Below are positions 26,251 to 39,299 of a stretch of DNA of 64,000 bases, piece after piece. The DNA comes from Carcharhinus longimanus (taxonomy: Eukaryota). The notes beneath the pieces are model-generated. The model had not been told where the DNA came from, made no database searches, and worked only from the letters and a program-made list of their open reading frames with translations. Within the stretch, counting starts at the first letter, position 1; each line of letters starts with the position of its first letter. The position numbers and the translations under genes are program-made. The stretch covers positions 21,469,147 to 21,533,146 of the forward strand of contig JASCQW010000098.1 of the NCBI GenBank assembly GCA_030264375.1, written 5' to 3'.

Positions 26251-28484
26251 ATTCATTAGCCAGTGTTTCACAGACTGAAGCAGAGATATTCCCCACATAC
26301 AGACCGAGTGGAAAGAACACCTTAAATTAATAAATTAATGAAAGAATGCCCTCCTGACTACCTGTTGCAAAGGTTCGTGGAGGACCCAACCCCGATACTT
26401 GTTAGTATTTTCAAAATCATTAGTTTTTGTGCGACAATCATTCTGAATTTGTTCTTAAGTATCTTGTTCCAAATTGATATGAGACATTTTAATAAAACTA
26501 AGCCAGTATAATTGGAAACCAGCCAGTTTAGTTAAGTGGACAGCCTTAATTGTGCGACAATTAAAGAATAACTAATTCCTTAATAGGTATGTTAAAAGTC
26601 TGAAAATGTAATTCGCAAAACGAAAGTTTATAACTTTTCTAATTATAAACACATTATCAACATTTGATTATTAAACATGCTGTGGGAATAATAACCTTAT
26701 ATCCTTCTCTGGAAAATAAATTAACATGACTCACTAAGCTTGACTGGAGAGAATGAGCAGGCTCTTGTTCAATGTTAAATAACAGACAGCTTTGTTAACC
26801 AGTTATTGGTCAATACGCAGTCTACCTTAAGAAAAGATATATAGCTTGAGAGAAAGCATTGCTTTAAATGCTGAGAAAATGGGTGGGATCTTACAGCCTA
26901 GCTCTTCCCGAAATTGTAAAATCCCACATGAGGTCAACAGACCTCTCCATGGTCTTCTCCTCGCCCGTTCCGAATCCCACGGCAGGCGAGGCAGTAAAAT
27001 TCTAGCCAAAGTCTGTAATTAGCTAAAAACCAATGGACAAATTCTTATTTCATTACTAACAAGTTAATGACTAATAGGCTTCTTTCCTACAATTGGCTGA
27101 TGTGGGCTTTCAAGATGATGGTATGAAACAGTGGTCTCAAGATGTTGCGAGAAGGGTTGTATAGGTTAGAGAGAGATGGAGAGTGTGATGCTTATGGAGC
27201 AGTGTTGGGAACTGTTGGTGTCATGTGTTTTCAATATTTTCAGAGCTGTCACTTAACGTCCTGGACTGAGAAGGTGGTCAAAAGCCTGTTCAATTGTTAA
27301 AGTTAAGCTTTCTCTTCTTACTGTTAATTATTGTTAATTGCTGCTACTTACCGTCATTTAATACTTTACTCATTTATCTTTCTGACTTGTTACCTTTTCA
27401 ATGGTTAATAAACTTTCTGAATTCATCATTTGAATGGCCCTTTCTTACCATATGATTAAGTCTTTAGAACTTGGTGTGATTTATGATGGGGGTGGTGGTG
27501 GTGGCTTATTGCAAACAAGTGAACCTCATAAATCTCAGTTCAAAAAAAATCTAACTTCTTATTCACTTGCACCAGGATATTCTCTTCCCTCTCTACAGAG
27601 AGTTGCCGCATTCAAACTAAGTTCGCTCAATGTGGACAGAATATTATTTTTTGCAAGGATTTTGGGATGGATAAATTAAGAATGAGGAACCAACCAGCTA
27701 TTAAAATATGAAGGACAGTCAATGATAGTTCAGTGATAATAAGAAAGATTTTGTTACACATATAAAATGAACTGAATAACTCACAGGTAGTACCTGTGAT
27801 AAGTAATGATGTATTCAGCCACTTACAACTCACTTACATTGGCCATTTTAAAGTAAAAATCTTGCGATCATCGTGAAAAAATATTATGTTGGATTATAAA
27901 TATTACCAAAGAATGTCACATCATAAATTACAGTGTGGAAGGATGTTTACCTTGTTGTAGGCCATCTATAAGTTCATAAGAAATAACAGCAAAAGTAGGC
28001 CATGTGGCCATCAAACTTGCCCTGCGATTTAATAAGGTCTGATTGTGGCCTTGCCTTCAGTTTTCTGCCAGCCCACCCCCAGAAAAAAATCAACATTTCC
28101 CTCTTAATAACAAGCAATTGTACTTAAAATGATCCCAGGCCTTTTGACCCCATGGGCTGGACTTTATGGCCTTACCTAAGCGAGGCCAGAAATTCCCACC
28201 CGAGGTCAACGGACATTCCCATTGTCCATCCCTCGCCCACTCTGATTCCGTGGCAGATGAGGTGGTAGAATCCTGGTACTTGACTTTCTCCAGAAATTCA
28301 TGTGACTGTTTGGATTTGGGGTTGATTTTAATTTTCCAAAATTGCCATGAACTGAAACATAGTAACCGCCTCAAAATTAGTTAAGTTTACACATTTTTAC
28401 CTGCTAATAATGCTGTTTTCATATGAACACACATATTAAGTAGTTGAAGAGCCTATCTTGGGTAACACAGAATAAGACTGTCAT

Positions 28485-29545
28485 GGCTGGGATTCTCCCA
28501 AAAAAGTTCTAAGTGCCAAATTTGTGTAAAAATTGGAGTAAATCCCACTGGTTTTTTTTTTAAACAGGATTTCCAAAATGAATCTCCCACACTCTGAGCA
28601 CTACAGAATGCCCCAGACTAAAAATCAGGTGGTGAGACCTATTCCCACCAGACAGGTTGGCGACATAGCACTGAGCGGGCCACTGCACATATGCTGATCT
28701 GTCACAGCGGGGATCGGCACTCGCTCAGTAGCCTCGCACTACCAGCCTCCTGATTGCTGGCCAGTTCGATCAATGACCAGCATGGTGACCCTGCATCACT
28801 GCCCTTCTGATCCTGTCAACCCGATCGCTGGGCTCCTGGACTTCGAGACTAGCTCCGATCCCCCCACCCCCCCCCCCCCACCCCCGCCCCCCCCCCCCCN
28901 NNNNNNNNNNNNNNNNNNNNNNNNNNNNNNNNNNNNNNNNNNNNNNNNNNNNNNNNNNNNNNNNNNNNNNNNNNNNNNNNNNNNNNNNNNNCCCCCTCCA
29001 CCCAATGGCCAGCCCTGATCAGCCTCTTCCCTGCCTCTGCCCACGATCTTGACTGCAGAGTGGCAGTGGGATCCTCCACCTCCACCAATCTCCTTCAGAG
29101 GCCCCGTCCCCATTAAGCCCCACCCCCATTTGCTCCTGCCCCTTGGCACTGTCCCATACCCAATTGGCAGTGCCAAGATAATGCATGGGCATTGCTGCTT
29201 TGCCCTTTGGGCAGTGCCAGAGGACCAGGTTGGCTCTGCCAAGTGAACAATGCCCAGGAGACATTCCCCCTTACCCCAACATCAAGAGGGGCCTTCACTG
29301 CAGTAGGATTGGGCAGCCAGCTACTTGTTTGTGGGGAGCTATTGTAAATCCTGCTGGAATAAACCACTCCTCATGGGGTCAATTAGCATACTTTAATCAG
29401 CTCTGTGCCGATTCCTGGCGTGGAACTGACAACTCTGGGAATTGGCCGGTTATGTGCGGAAGCTGTGTCTCTTAGTGGGGAGCCCCCAAAGTCTCTTCTC
29501 TGCTGCACTGCTAGGACAGCACAGCGAGCTGGGAGAATTGCTCCC
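28485..29545. mobile_element. Non-autonomous Harbinger-like DNA transposon
   Basis: Imperfect TIRs ggctgggattctccc / gggagaattgctccc; poly-C core with an N gap. Confidence 0.6.
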
Positions 29546-32500
29546 ATATAATGATGCAGCACAATCATCTCATAATTACTACTGGCAATTTGAAATAGTC
29601 ATTCATGTAGCCCCCTCCCACACTCTTGACCTACTGTTCTGCATTATAGTCCTTCAAATATTTCCCCAGTGTCCTCTTTTAAAGTTATTGTTGAATGGGC
29701 ATCCACCACCCATTCAGGCAACGTGTTCTAGATCATAACAATTCACCATGTTAAAAAAAACTCCTCATGTCGCATCTGATTCTGTTTACCCATTTGATAT
29801 AACATAGATAGCACCCAGCTACCATTTTAGGATACAAACTGGTGGGAGTGTGCATCATGAGCTCTCCAAGCAGTTTAATTGATGGTATTCTTTGAGCCTT
29901 GGAAATACATTTTAATAATTACTTTTGTGACGTCAGGAGTTGGTGTGAGTGTTCCTCAGGGTCCCACAAAAAGAATCTGGACATGAAGTGAATAATAACT
30001 CTAGCCCCAAATATAGACTACCGTAGATCAGGAATGCTCCCTCGACTTTCACCGTCACCTGAGTTTGAGGCTGCAGCTTCATACAGACACAGGTTTTGGG
30101 TCTAAGAAAGTGAACCACGCCTTCCGCAAGAAAAGTGAATATTAAATGAAATTACCTTATTCTGCATGCAGAGGACTACAAGACACATTATTCTTTACAA
30201 TCTCATTTACAAGTTTATTACATGACTGTTTATCATGCAGTAGGCTTTAAAATGGATGAATGCATCACAGCATTAAAACATAGAAGATAGAGGATAGGAG
30301 AAGGTGGGGACCATTCGGCCCATCGAGCCTGCCCCGCCATTCACCCCGATTATGACTGGCCATTCAATTCAATAAGCTAATCCAATTTTTCTCCATAACC
30401 TTTGATCCTATCCACTCCAAGTGCCATATATAGCCGCAATGTCTATACAAGATGAAAGAAAAAACATTTCTTTTCTAACTTTTAACTTTTCCCAGTTTTG
30501 TGGAGGATTATACTGGGTGGGATTTTTCAGCCCTCCTGTGGCGTGTTTGCCAGCAGTGGAGGTGACTCACAGAGTGGTTGCCAATAGGATCTAACAGCTC
30601 CACCAATATCTACAGTGTTTTCTTTGGCTCTCCCATCCTGCTGCCAGGGAACCTGCTGCAGGATGCTGCCTTCGGCGGGACTGGAAGGTCTTGCTGGTGG
30701 GAAGGGCTGGAAAGCTCCACTTCTTAACTCTCTTTATTTCTCTGCTGATACTGCCAGACCGGCCGTGCATTTCCAGCATTTTCTGTGTTCAGTTCAAATT
30801 TCCAGCATCTACAGTATTTTGCTTGTGGGATATGCGATCGTGGTTTGATGCTAGCGGAGGTCATTTTTTAGCCCTGCAGGTACATTTATTGTAATCCCTT
30901 TAATCAGGAAGTTGCAGCTAAGGGCAAGTAGAACAATAAATCCTCGTTTGCCTGGTGTTGTTTGCAGTTCTAATTGCATGACTCATACGCACTATAAATA
31001 CTTCATGAGTACAAACTACTTTAGTTGGAGAGAAAATGTGATACCAGGATACAAGGAGTGAAAACGGAGAAACAGTAGGTGGGCCAAAGTTTAAGTTGGT
31101 AAAGTGGATAAATCCAATGAAGAAACCTAAGCCCTGCTTAAATTGTGATGACAAGCTGTCCTTGGCATTTGAGATCTCTATACCATTTGCATACATGAAG
31201 GCTATTTTAAGGTTTAAGTAAAGATTTAGGAAATCCTTGCAGACAACTGGGATTTACCTGTGTCTGCATTTACTCTGTTATTTATAAAATGTTGCAATAA
31301 TATTACTGTATTGTGTCTGACCAGGTTGAAGTCAAATAACAAATAGTGCATCTGAAGCCAACTGTATCACAGGAAGGCAACGGCAATGCAGATCCCGTCT
31401 TAGTATTGTGGTCTCCCTAGTTATTGAGAGATGTGCTGGAAACATTGGGGTGGGAGATGGTTCCAATGTTGTGCAGGAACATGAAGAATAATTGAGTGCA
31501 TCTGTCAGGGGCATTCTAAGTCAACCGGCTCATTTTCTGTCTTTTTCATCCAACAGTGCAAAAGATGTGGACTCACATGACATGACTCAACTAAAGATGA
31601 AATTTGGAAGAGCTAGAGAACACAGCAGCTGAAGAGAAGTTTGTGAAAGATTCCAGACAGGCAAAGGCAGCTCCAGCAATATCTCTGATCAGCGGAACAG
31701 GCTCGAGGGGCCAAATGGCCTTCACCTATTCCTCATTACTATGTTCTTATGATTGCTGCCAGGGACAGTGAGGAACTGGAGGATGATACACATCCTTAAC
31801 AATGGGAAGAATAAACGTGCTGGCAGCAACAAGAAATCTTTGTTGGAAGTGGCCCAGGAGGTGAACAACGTGAGCTTTGATCCATGCTCATGAATTTAGT
31901 GCAGGAAAGATTATAATTAACTAATGAGGTCGGGAAAGGTGAATATAGCTGTACATTCCCCTACATCCTGTTCTGTGCATCACTCCACCCACTCATACTG
32001 TCTTTTCAAAATATACCCCAGAAGGAAAAAGACGGTTTGGACCAGTATTCTTATTTCCCTGCTTTACTGTGTTCCATTTTAAAATATGCAAGACCTGTAT
32101 TATTATTTCCTATTTTACAGTTTTCATCCTTTTAGGACTCCATCATATCAGTCTTCACTTTCACTTGCCTTGTATCCTCAGTATCGGACTGCTTCTATCC
32201 CCCTCTTCACCTCCCCAGCTATCCATCCACCAATGCTGCTCACACTCATCTGAATGCAATTTTATACCTTTGCCTTGAAAGTCATCCCCATCAAATATAC
32301 TGCATCTTCTGGTGAACACTGAGCATTATATTCAGTAATCTGCCTGATCTTTGTTGCAGCAGAGAGAACAGAACACAATGGAGTTGGCGAGAACCAGATG
32401 TCCCAGCTGAAGAAGAGAAAGCAATAGAGCTGACAGGAACTCATTCCTGGCCATTCAAGGTGCAAAGATGAGACTCTCTCAGCTACCTGGTGACACACTG

Positions 32501-33557
32501 GGTGGGATTTTACAGCCTCACACATCCTGAAATGGTAAAATCCTGCCTGAGGTCAACAGACCTTTCCATGTTCTGCTCCTTGCCTGCTCTGATTCCCATG
32601 GCGCGCAGGCTAGTAGAATTGTGGCCAATTAAATATCAATGAATAACATGCCAAAAAAATGCAGTCATGTTAACTTCAAGTTGATTTCTTGTGAAGGAAG
32701 GCTCTTGACCTGAAATGTCTATCTCTCTGTTTGGATGCTACTAGACCTGTTGAGTATTTCTAGGTTTTTTTGTTTTTATTTCACCTTTTGAATTATTTCA
32801 TGGAGAATGAGAAGGCCTGAATTAATAGATAGTAATAGTGAAATGTTTAAGGTTTAGCTGATTGTGTCTGTGGTCTGTTGTTAGAGGCCCGATGTGAACA
32901 AAATGTGTCTGTTGCATGTGCTTCTGATATTACTCTCTTGGTGAACCTTAAATTAGCCAGGACATCCCTGGCATTCCAGACAGCAAAGTAGGCTGCTGGT
33001 TTTGCATGGTCCTCTTTACCTCCCTCCTCTTAATCTTCCTCATTGTCTGTATTCTTCCCTCTCTCCCCCTTGGAACTGCCCAAAGATGATCTAAGCAAAG
33101 CACCATTATCCTCCTGCAGATACAAACTTCATTTACCACGCAGTACTATGCAAGACACACCATACCATGGTCAGTCTGCACATCATACCCAATGTGTACT
33201 GAAGAGCAAATCCAGACCTGCTCAATCATCTGAATCACATCTTCAGCATGCTGATGGCTCATTTGATTAGATATCTACATTCCGGCATTGTTGGTCTCCA
33301 TTGGGTGGGTTTTTCATAGTGGTTATTGACCATGTTCCAAGTGTGAATATTTCATCTCGTAGCAACTATCCCTACCTGCCTGCTGCTGGAATTATCCTAT
33401 TTCACCAAAAACGAATGGAATATTGGCTGGGCCGCTGAATCTCCCATGGCAGCTTCTGTTATGATGGGGCCAGAAATCTCCAGCCTTTGAGTCTGCTTAC
33501 AGATCCTAAACGTTAGGGAGCTTCAACTGAACTACAGTGATAGGTGCTTGGAAATCT

Positions 33558-33660
33558 TACACACATACACACACGGACATGTACAGACACATGCACGCAC
33601 AGACACATATGCACACACACACATGCACACACACACACACACATGCATGCAGACACAGAC
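33558..33660. repeat. Imperfect (CA)n microsatellite
   Basis: acacacatacacacacggacatgtacagacacatgcacgcacagacacatatgcacacacac... Confidence 0.9.
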
Positions 33661-34417
33661 AGAAATATTATTTTGTGGTTGTCCAACAGCTGCACAATAG
33701 ACAGAGTGGAAACCTCTGTGATTAGCCGACAATATCTGATTGGCCTGCGAGGGCCTAAACTGTCACTTTGAGACACATAAGATGATGAATGGGATGGATA
33801 GGATAGAGGTGGAGAGACTCTTCCCGCTCAAAGGACAGTAGGACTAGGGGGCANNNNNNNNNNNNNNNNNNNNNNNNNNNNNNNNNNNNNNNNNNNNNNN
33901 NNNNNNNNNNNNNNNNNNNNNNNNNNNNNNNNNNNNNNNNNNNNNNNNNNNNNTCTTATTGAATGGCGGGGCAGGCTCGAAGGGCTAGATGGCCTACTCC
34001 TGCTCCTATTTCTTATGTTCTTATGTCACATGTGTACAATCAATAACACTTTGCACCTGTGGGAAGCCAGCCAGCTTTGCAAACATAAAGCTGCTTATTC
34101 TGACTGACCTAGTTTGTAGGTGATGTTTATGTAATTGCTCACCCGAAGAAAGAAAGCATTAAGTCGCCTGTCTTGCATTCCTGCATTGTCTGCTGGGAGA
34201 TTGGTCTCTGGCAAAGCCCCATGAATAATCTGGATGCTAAAATGTTGAGAGCTGTGGTGACTTTGACATCTACTGGTATTGCCTGAGCGCTATATCCAGC
34301 TGGCAGCAAGTCTTCTTTCCACAGGCCTTTGACAACAATTGATGGCACAACCTGAGCTTCTGAAACACTCTTGTTTGGAAATACCAAGGAAACTCAATCT
34401 TGTACCTTCATACCTTG

Positions 34418-35220
34418 TGTAATGCTACTATGCCTTTAAGAAATGTATTTCAATCCTGTTTCTGTGATTTTTTTTGTGTTGTTAGCATGATGTCTGTTGA
34501 AAGCATTTAATGGGCCTTTTTGTTTATTTTTAATTTGGGCCTAATGTAATGTCCTGGAGTTTATGACCCTTTTCATTATTGTGGGAAGATTGATTGGTAG
34601 GTCAAGGTCAGGTGGTTTTGTCACAGAGGAACCCAAGTATTTACACTTTCAGTATTAGTTAGACGGTGTTGACTCCAGACTGAAAAGTAGTGTGGTTGTG
34701 CATCTCTCCCTGGTATTGGAAATTCTGCTGGCTAGTTGGAAGCAGTCTTTCTTGATTTTCTGGAGTGAAAATTTTACTGTTTGTCATTTGCTAACTAGAG
34801 GCAAGCAGTGGCTCTATCTCTGTCTCAAGGTGTGCTGGAAGCCTCAGGACGGGGAAGTCAGAGTTTCAATTCTCCATCTAAATGAATAATTCATGATGAG
34901 TGTTGCAGAACTGCAAACTCATGTGAACATACATATTTTCTGTGCTAAATCAAAACCGTGGATGTATGTTGATAAGAATATTGTGTTGAAATAGTATACT
35001 GAGCTGTTAAGGTTTATATAATTTTTTTTCTTGTTTGTAATTGGTAAAAGTTCTGACTAATTTTCTTTCAATGCGTTAACTGTTTTCTTAAATAAACTTT
35101 GATAAGAGCTCCCTAATGAGTCATTTGAATCACATCTGGAGTGCCAAATTCGAAGTGCAAAACCTATGATCTAGGCTGACTTCATAAAACATCTTGGAGT
35201 TTCTGACCTGGATTATAACA
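34418..35220 (+). mobile_element. Solo LTR (Gypsy-like) with 4-bp TSD CTTG
   Basis: cttg|TGTAAT...TTATAACA|cttg; AATAAA at ~35091; interrupts the Harbinger transposase remnant. Confidence 0.75.
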
Positions 35221-35527
35221 CTTGCGCCATATGTAGTGACTTTTGAGAATTGCAGCTTTGCGATGTTGTCATCTGTCTTCTAATCCATTATATGTTCTAG
35301 CTCTCTCTGCTCCCCAGGGGCAGGCAGCTGTTGATGCTGCAGTTATTGCTTGTGCTCTAACCTTGGTTTTCTTGGCAAGGCTTGGCAAAATAAAAAAAAA
35401 TGAGTTAAACTATTGCTCAATTGAACAATTAGCATATATAAAGAGGTAACCTCAGTGGCAATTAGGGATGGGCAATAAATGCTCGCCTTGCCATCCCAAG
35501 AACCTTTTTTTTGAAAATGCCTGTCTC

Positions 35528-37110
35528 ATAGAATTCCTACAGTGCAGAAGGAGGAGGCCATTCAGCCCACTATGTCTCCACCAACTTTGACAGAGCATTT
35601 TACCCAGGCTCACCCATACATTTACCTTTACTGTGCCACCATCCCATTTTTAGAAAGTCGAAATCTATCAATCTCTGTCTTGAATACACTGACAGCTGGG
35701 ATTGAGAATTCAGAAGATTCATCACTATCTGAGAGATGACATTCCTCCTCATCTCAATCCTAAATGACCCAACTTTTATTCTGCAATTCTGTCCCCTATT
35801 TCTGTACCCCACCCCAGCTAGTGGAAACAGCTTTCCTGCACCCACCGTCTGCAATAATTTTGTATGTTTCAATGTGATTGCCTTTCATTATTCTAAAATA
35901 TGCCCGGCCCCTTCAATCTCTCATATCTTAACTCCTTCAAAACCCCTTGTTTTGGAACTCAACATACCATTTGCCTCCCTAATTTCATGTTTCACCTGCA
36001 GGCTGGCTTTTAGTGTCTCATGAACAAAGACACCAAGTCCCTTTGGATATCAACACTTCTCAATCTCTCGCCATTTAAAAAATACTCTTCATTTTTGGTT
36101 TCCATACCAAAATGCATAAGTTCACATGTTCCACATTATCATACAATCCCAACAGTGCAGAAGGCGGCCATTTGGCCCTCAAAGCCTGCATTGACAACAA
36201 TCTTGTCCAGGACCTATCCCCATAATGCCATATATTTACCCTACTAATCCATCTGACAACTAGGGTCAATTTAACATGGTCAATTAACCTAACAGAACAT
36301 TTTTGGACTGTGGGAGGAAACCAGAGCACCAGAAGGAAATCTATGCAGACAAAGGGAGAACATGCAAACTCTACACAGCAAGTGACCCGAGGTTGCAATT
36401 GAATCCATGTCCCTGGCAGTGTGGGGCAGCAGTGCTGACAACTGTGCCATGGTTCTGCCCCCATACCACTGTGCCACCATGCCAAATTCTTCCAAAGTCA
36501 ATTAGCCTGTATAATTCTCCCTGAAGCTTCTTTGCATCCTCCTCACAACTCACATTCTCACCTAGTTTTGTGGTACACAGAAATACTTCAGCAAACTTGG
36601 AAATGTTATAGTTGATTCCCACATCCAATTCTTTGATGTAGATTTTGAATAGCTGGAACCTAAGCACTGATTTATGCAGTATGCCACTAGTCACCACCAG
36701 CCAGCTTGAGAATGATCCAATTATTTCTATTTTCTGTTTTCTGTCTATTAACCAGTGCTCAATCCAAGCAAGTGCATTACCACCCCCACCCCCCCCCAAC
36801 CCCAAGCAGCCTAATGAGTCTTTCTCAACTTTTGCGTGGAACCTTATTCAAAACCTGCTGAAAATCCAAATATACCACATCCACTAGGTTCCCCTTATCC
36901 ATTTTGGTAGTTACAACCGCAAAAAAAAACTCAACAGGCTTGTCAAGCATGAATTCCCATTCATAAATCCATGTTAAATCTGTCCTATCATATCTACCAT
37001 TATTTTCTAAGTGTCCAGTTATATGACAGATGCCAGTATTTACCTGCAACTGATGACAGGCTAACAGAACCTCATTTTCTCTCTCCATGTTTTCTTAAAA
37101 TTAGGGATGC
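35528..37110 (-). mobile_element. CR1 LINE 3' portion with a nested HE1-like SINE (36140-36483)
   Basis: VDVVYLDFQ, LAWIEHWLIDRKQK, ISKFAE and GKLFPLAG..RNRGQ motifs; tail at ~35528. Confidence 0.85.
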
Positions 37111-37454
37111 ATGGGCAGATCTCAGGAGCCATGCTAACATGAAGTTGTGTGTATTGATGACATTACTACTCACAAAACTTACTGATCAACAAGTTCCATA
37201 TTTTGAAATTCCTTCATCTAATCTCCTATGAAAAGATATATCTCTCTTCTACAACTCCTTTGAACTGTCAATCAAACTGCACACTTAAACAAACATTTCC
37301 TCTAATAACTATAGGTTGTAAAATATGCTGTGCAGCACAGAATCTATAATGATAATCCTTAGATTTATGTGGACAGACAGTAAAACTGACAGCACTGATT
37401 TTTTTCAAACATCATGTATTTATTAAAATTTCAAGTGTAGAAGAATTAAATCTC

Positions 37455-37715
37455 TTGACAGTTTTGACTGATTTATTTGGACAATTCCAATGAGTTTTGA
37501 CAGTTCTTAGGCAGCTTTGACAATATTTTGGCAGCTTGACTATTTTTTGATATCCTAATGGCTCCTTGACAGCTTTGAAAGGTCTTTAACAGCTTGACAG
37601 TTCTTTGACAAATTTGACAGTTCATTTACACCTTGACTGCAATTTGACAACTTGACAGATTATTAACATCCTTGACGGCTTGACAGATTATTAACATCCT
37701 TGACTTGTTGGCAGT
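37455..37715 (+). repeat. Degenerate TTGACAG-type short-motif array
   Basis: Many ttgaca(g/a) units plus a direct duplication cttgacagattattaacatccttgac. Confidence 0.8.
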
Positions 37716-38189
37716 TCATTGAAAGCTTTAAGCTCCAAGAGCTTATACACTTTTTAGTTACATCCACGCTTACTTTGCATGACTCCACCCAACAGCATAG
37801 CTTACCTTTCTCAAAGGGCATCCTACCTCTCCCAATAATGTCCCAGGATCATAGCCAAAGGTCTATCTTACCCCCCAAAAGGATACCCAAATATCAAAAC
37901 AAATTTACAAGTTTCAGACTTTCTCCAACCAGAGCAAATCTCCACACTAGGTTTGAGGCACATATCTCACCAAAATCACACATGAGTGGGAGCAGCTGCT
38001 GATTTATACAAACAGCTACTTCTGGGAACCGTGTATTTGCAAGATTGGACCTTTCCACATATTCACCAACCACTCCCCACCAACATCCACCCCCAGCCCC
38101 ATCTGCCCATCAACATCCCACCCTTTCAATAAAATAAAGGTTGGGTTTGGGAGCTGAACTTTTTGATTTGGGTCTCTGCTGGGCAGAGA

Positions 38190-39115
38190 TCCTTCTTACC
38201 TCCATGAAAAATCAGACCAAATAATTACTTGTTTTGTTTCTCTACCATTTCCATATTCCTCATCATGAATTCTCCTGATTCTGCCTGTCACGGGCCCACA
38301 TTTGGTTTTGCTTTCTCTTCTTACTTACATAGCTTTAGAAACTTTTACAGTCCTACAGTTTTACATTTTCTAACTTGTTTATTTTGTGTTCCATTTTCTC
38401 TTTCTTCATCAGTGTCTTGGTTCTCCTATGCTGAATTCTAAAATGTTCTTGATCTTTAGGTTAGCTTTGTTCTTTGGGCAATTTTAAAAGCCTTTCTTTT
38501 TCTGCAATACAGTCTTTAACTTCTTTTTCTAGCCATTTTTTCCTGGGTTTTTGGGGCTCTACAAAATGTAAATACATCTTAAACCATATATTAATTCTGT
38601 GAATGCTAGCTATTTTCTCTCGATAATACTCATATCCTTTAATGTTGTTCCCCAATCTACCATAGTTAATTTGTCCCTCATTTCTTCATAATTTCCTTTA
38701 TTTAGATTTAAGACTCTAGTTTCAGGCAGTACTACATCATTTTCAAACTTAATGTAAAATTCTCACATATTATGATCACTCTTCCCTGAAGGCTTATTTA
38801 CAAAATGATTTATTTATTTAGCGAATGTGAAGCCCCAAAGCCAAGCAGTTTCTTCCGATCCTGCTGTGTTGAGTTCAGGTAGAGTTCTACTGAGTCTGTG
38901 GATTGGACACTCTGCTATGATGTAGTCCATAGTTTGATGTCTCCCACAGGCACATGAGGAACTGGCACTAATGTGATTATTAATAGCACAATACGAGATC
39001 TAAGTTAGCCCATTCTCCAGTTGTTCATCAAAATATTTCAGATGTTCCAGAAAACCATTGCATATACTTTCCTAGAATTAGCCCTCCACAGCAGTAATAA
39101 CAATTAGGTTAACAG
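38190..39115 (-). mobile_element. CR1 LINE fragment (endonuclease/linker region)
   Basis: Decayed SDHN motif (tatgatcact on +) and WLEKEVKDCIAEK. Confidence 0.6.
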
Positions 39116-39119
39116 ATTA

Positions 39120-39298
39120 GGTTGTAAAGACTCACATTCTAATCAGTAATCTATAAACTGTGTGTGCTGTCATATGCTCTGTCTGAGGCCAGAACTCTCC
39201 ACTCACCTGACAAAGGGGCAAACCCCGAAAGCTTGTGAGTTTACTATCAAATAAATTGGTTGGACTTTAACCTGGTGTTGTGAGACTTCTTACTCTGT
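39120..39298 (+). mobile_element. Penelope pLTR fragment containing a minimal hammerhead motif
   Basis: Matches the 3' end of the 15345-16483 element. Confidence 0.8.
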
Positions 39299-39299
39299 T

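Larger units (their letters stand above)
31520..35390. mobile_element. Decayed two-gene PIF/Harbinger element: Myb/SANT-like gene (+) and transposase (-)
   Basis: + strand ~31840-31940 reads LEVAQEVNNVS...CRK..N.LMRSGK. - strand reads IPVDVKVTTALNILAS..F (34139-34387) and NHRGFHSV..VQL (~33680-33725), matching HARBI1-type motifs. Confidence 0.7.

Noticed and set aside
33513-33776. His/Thr- and Cys/Val-repeat ORFs
   Set aside because: Translations of the CA microsatellite.
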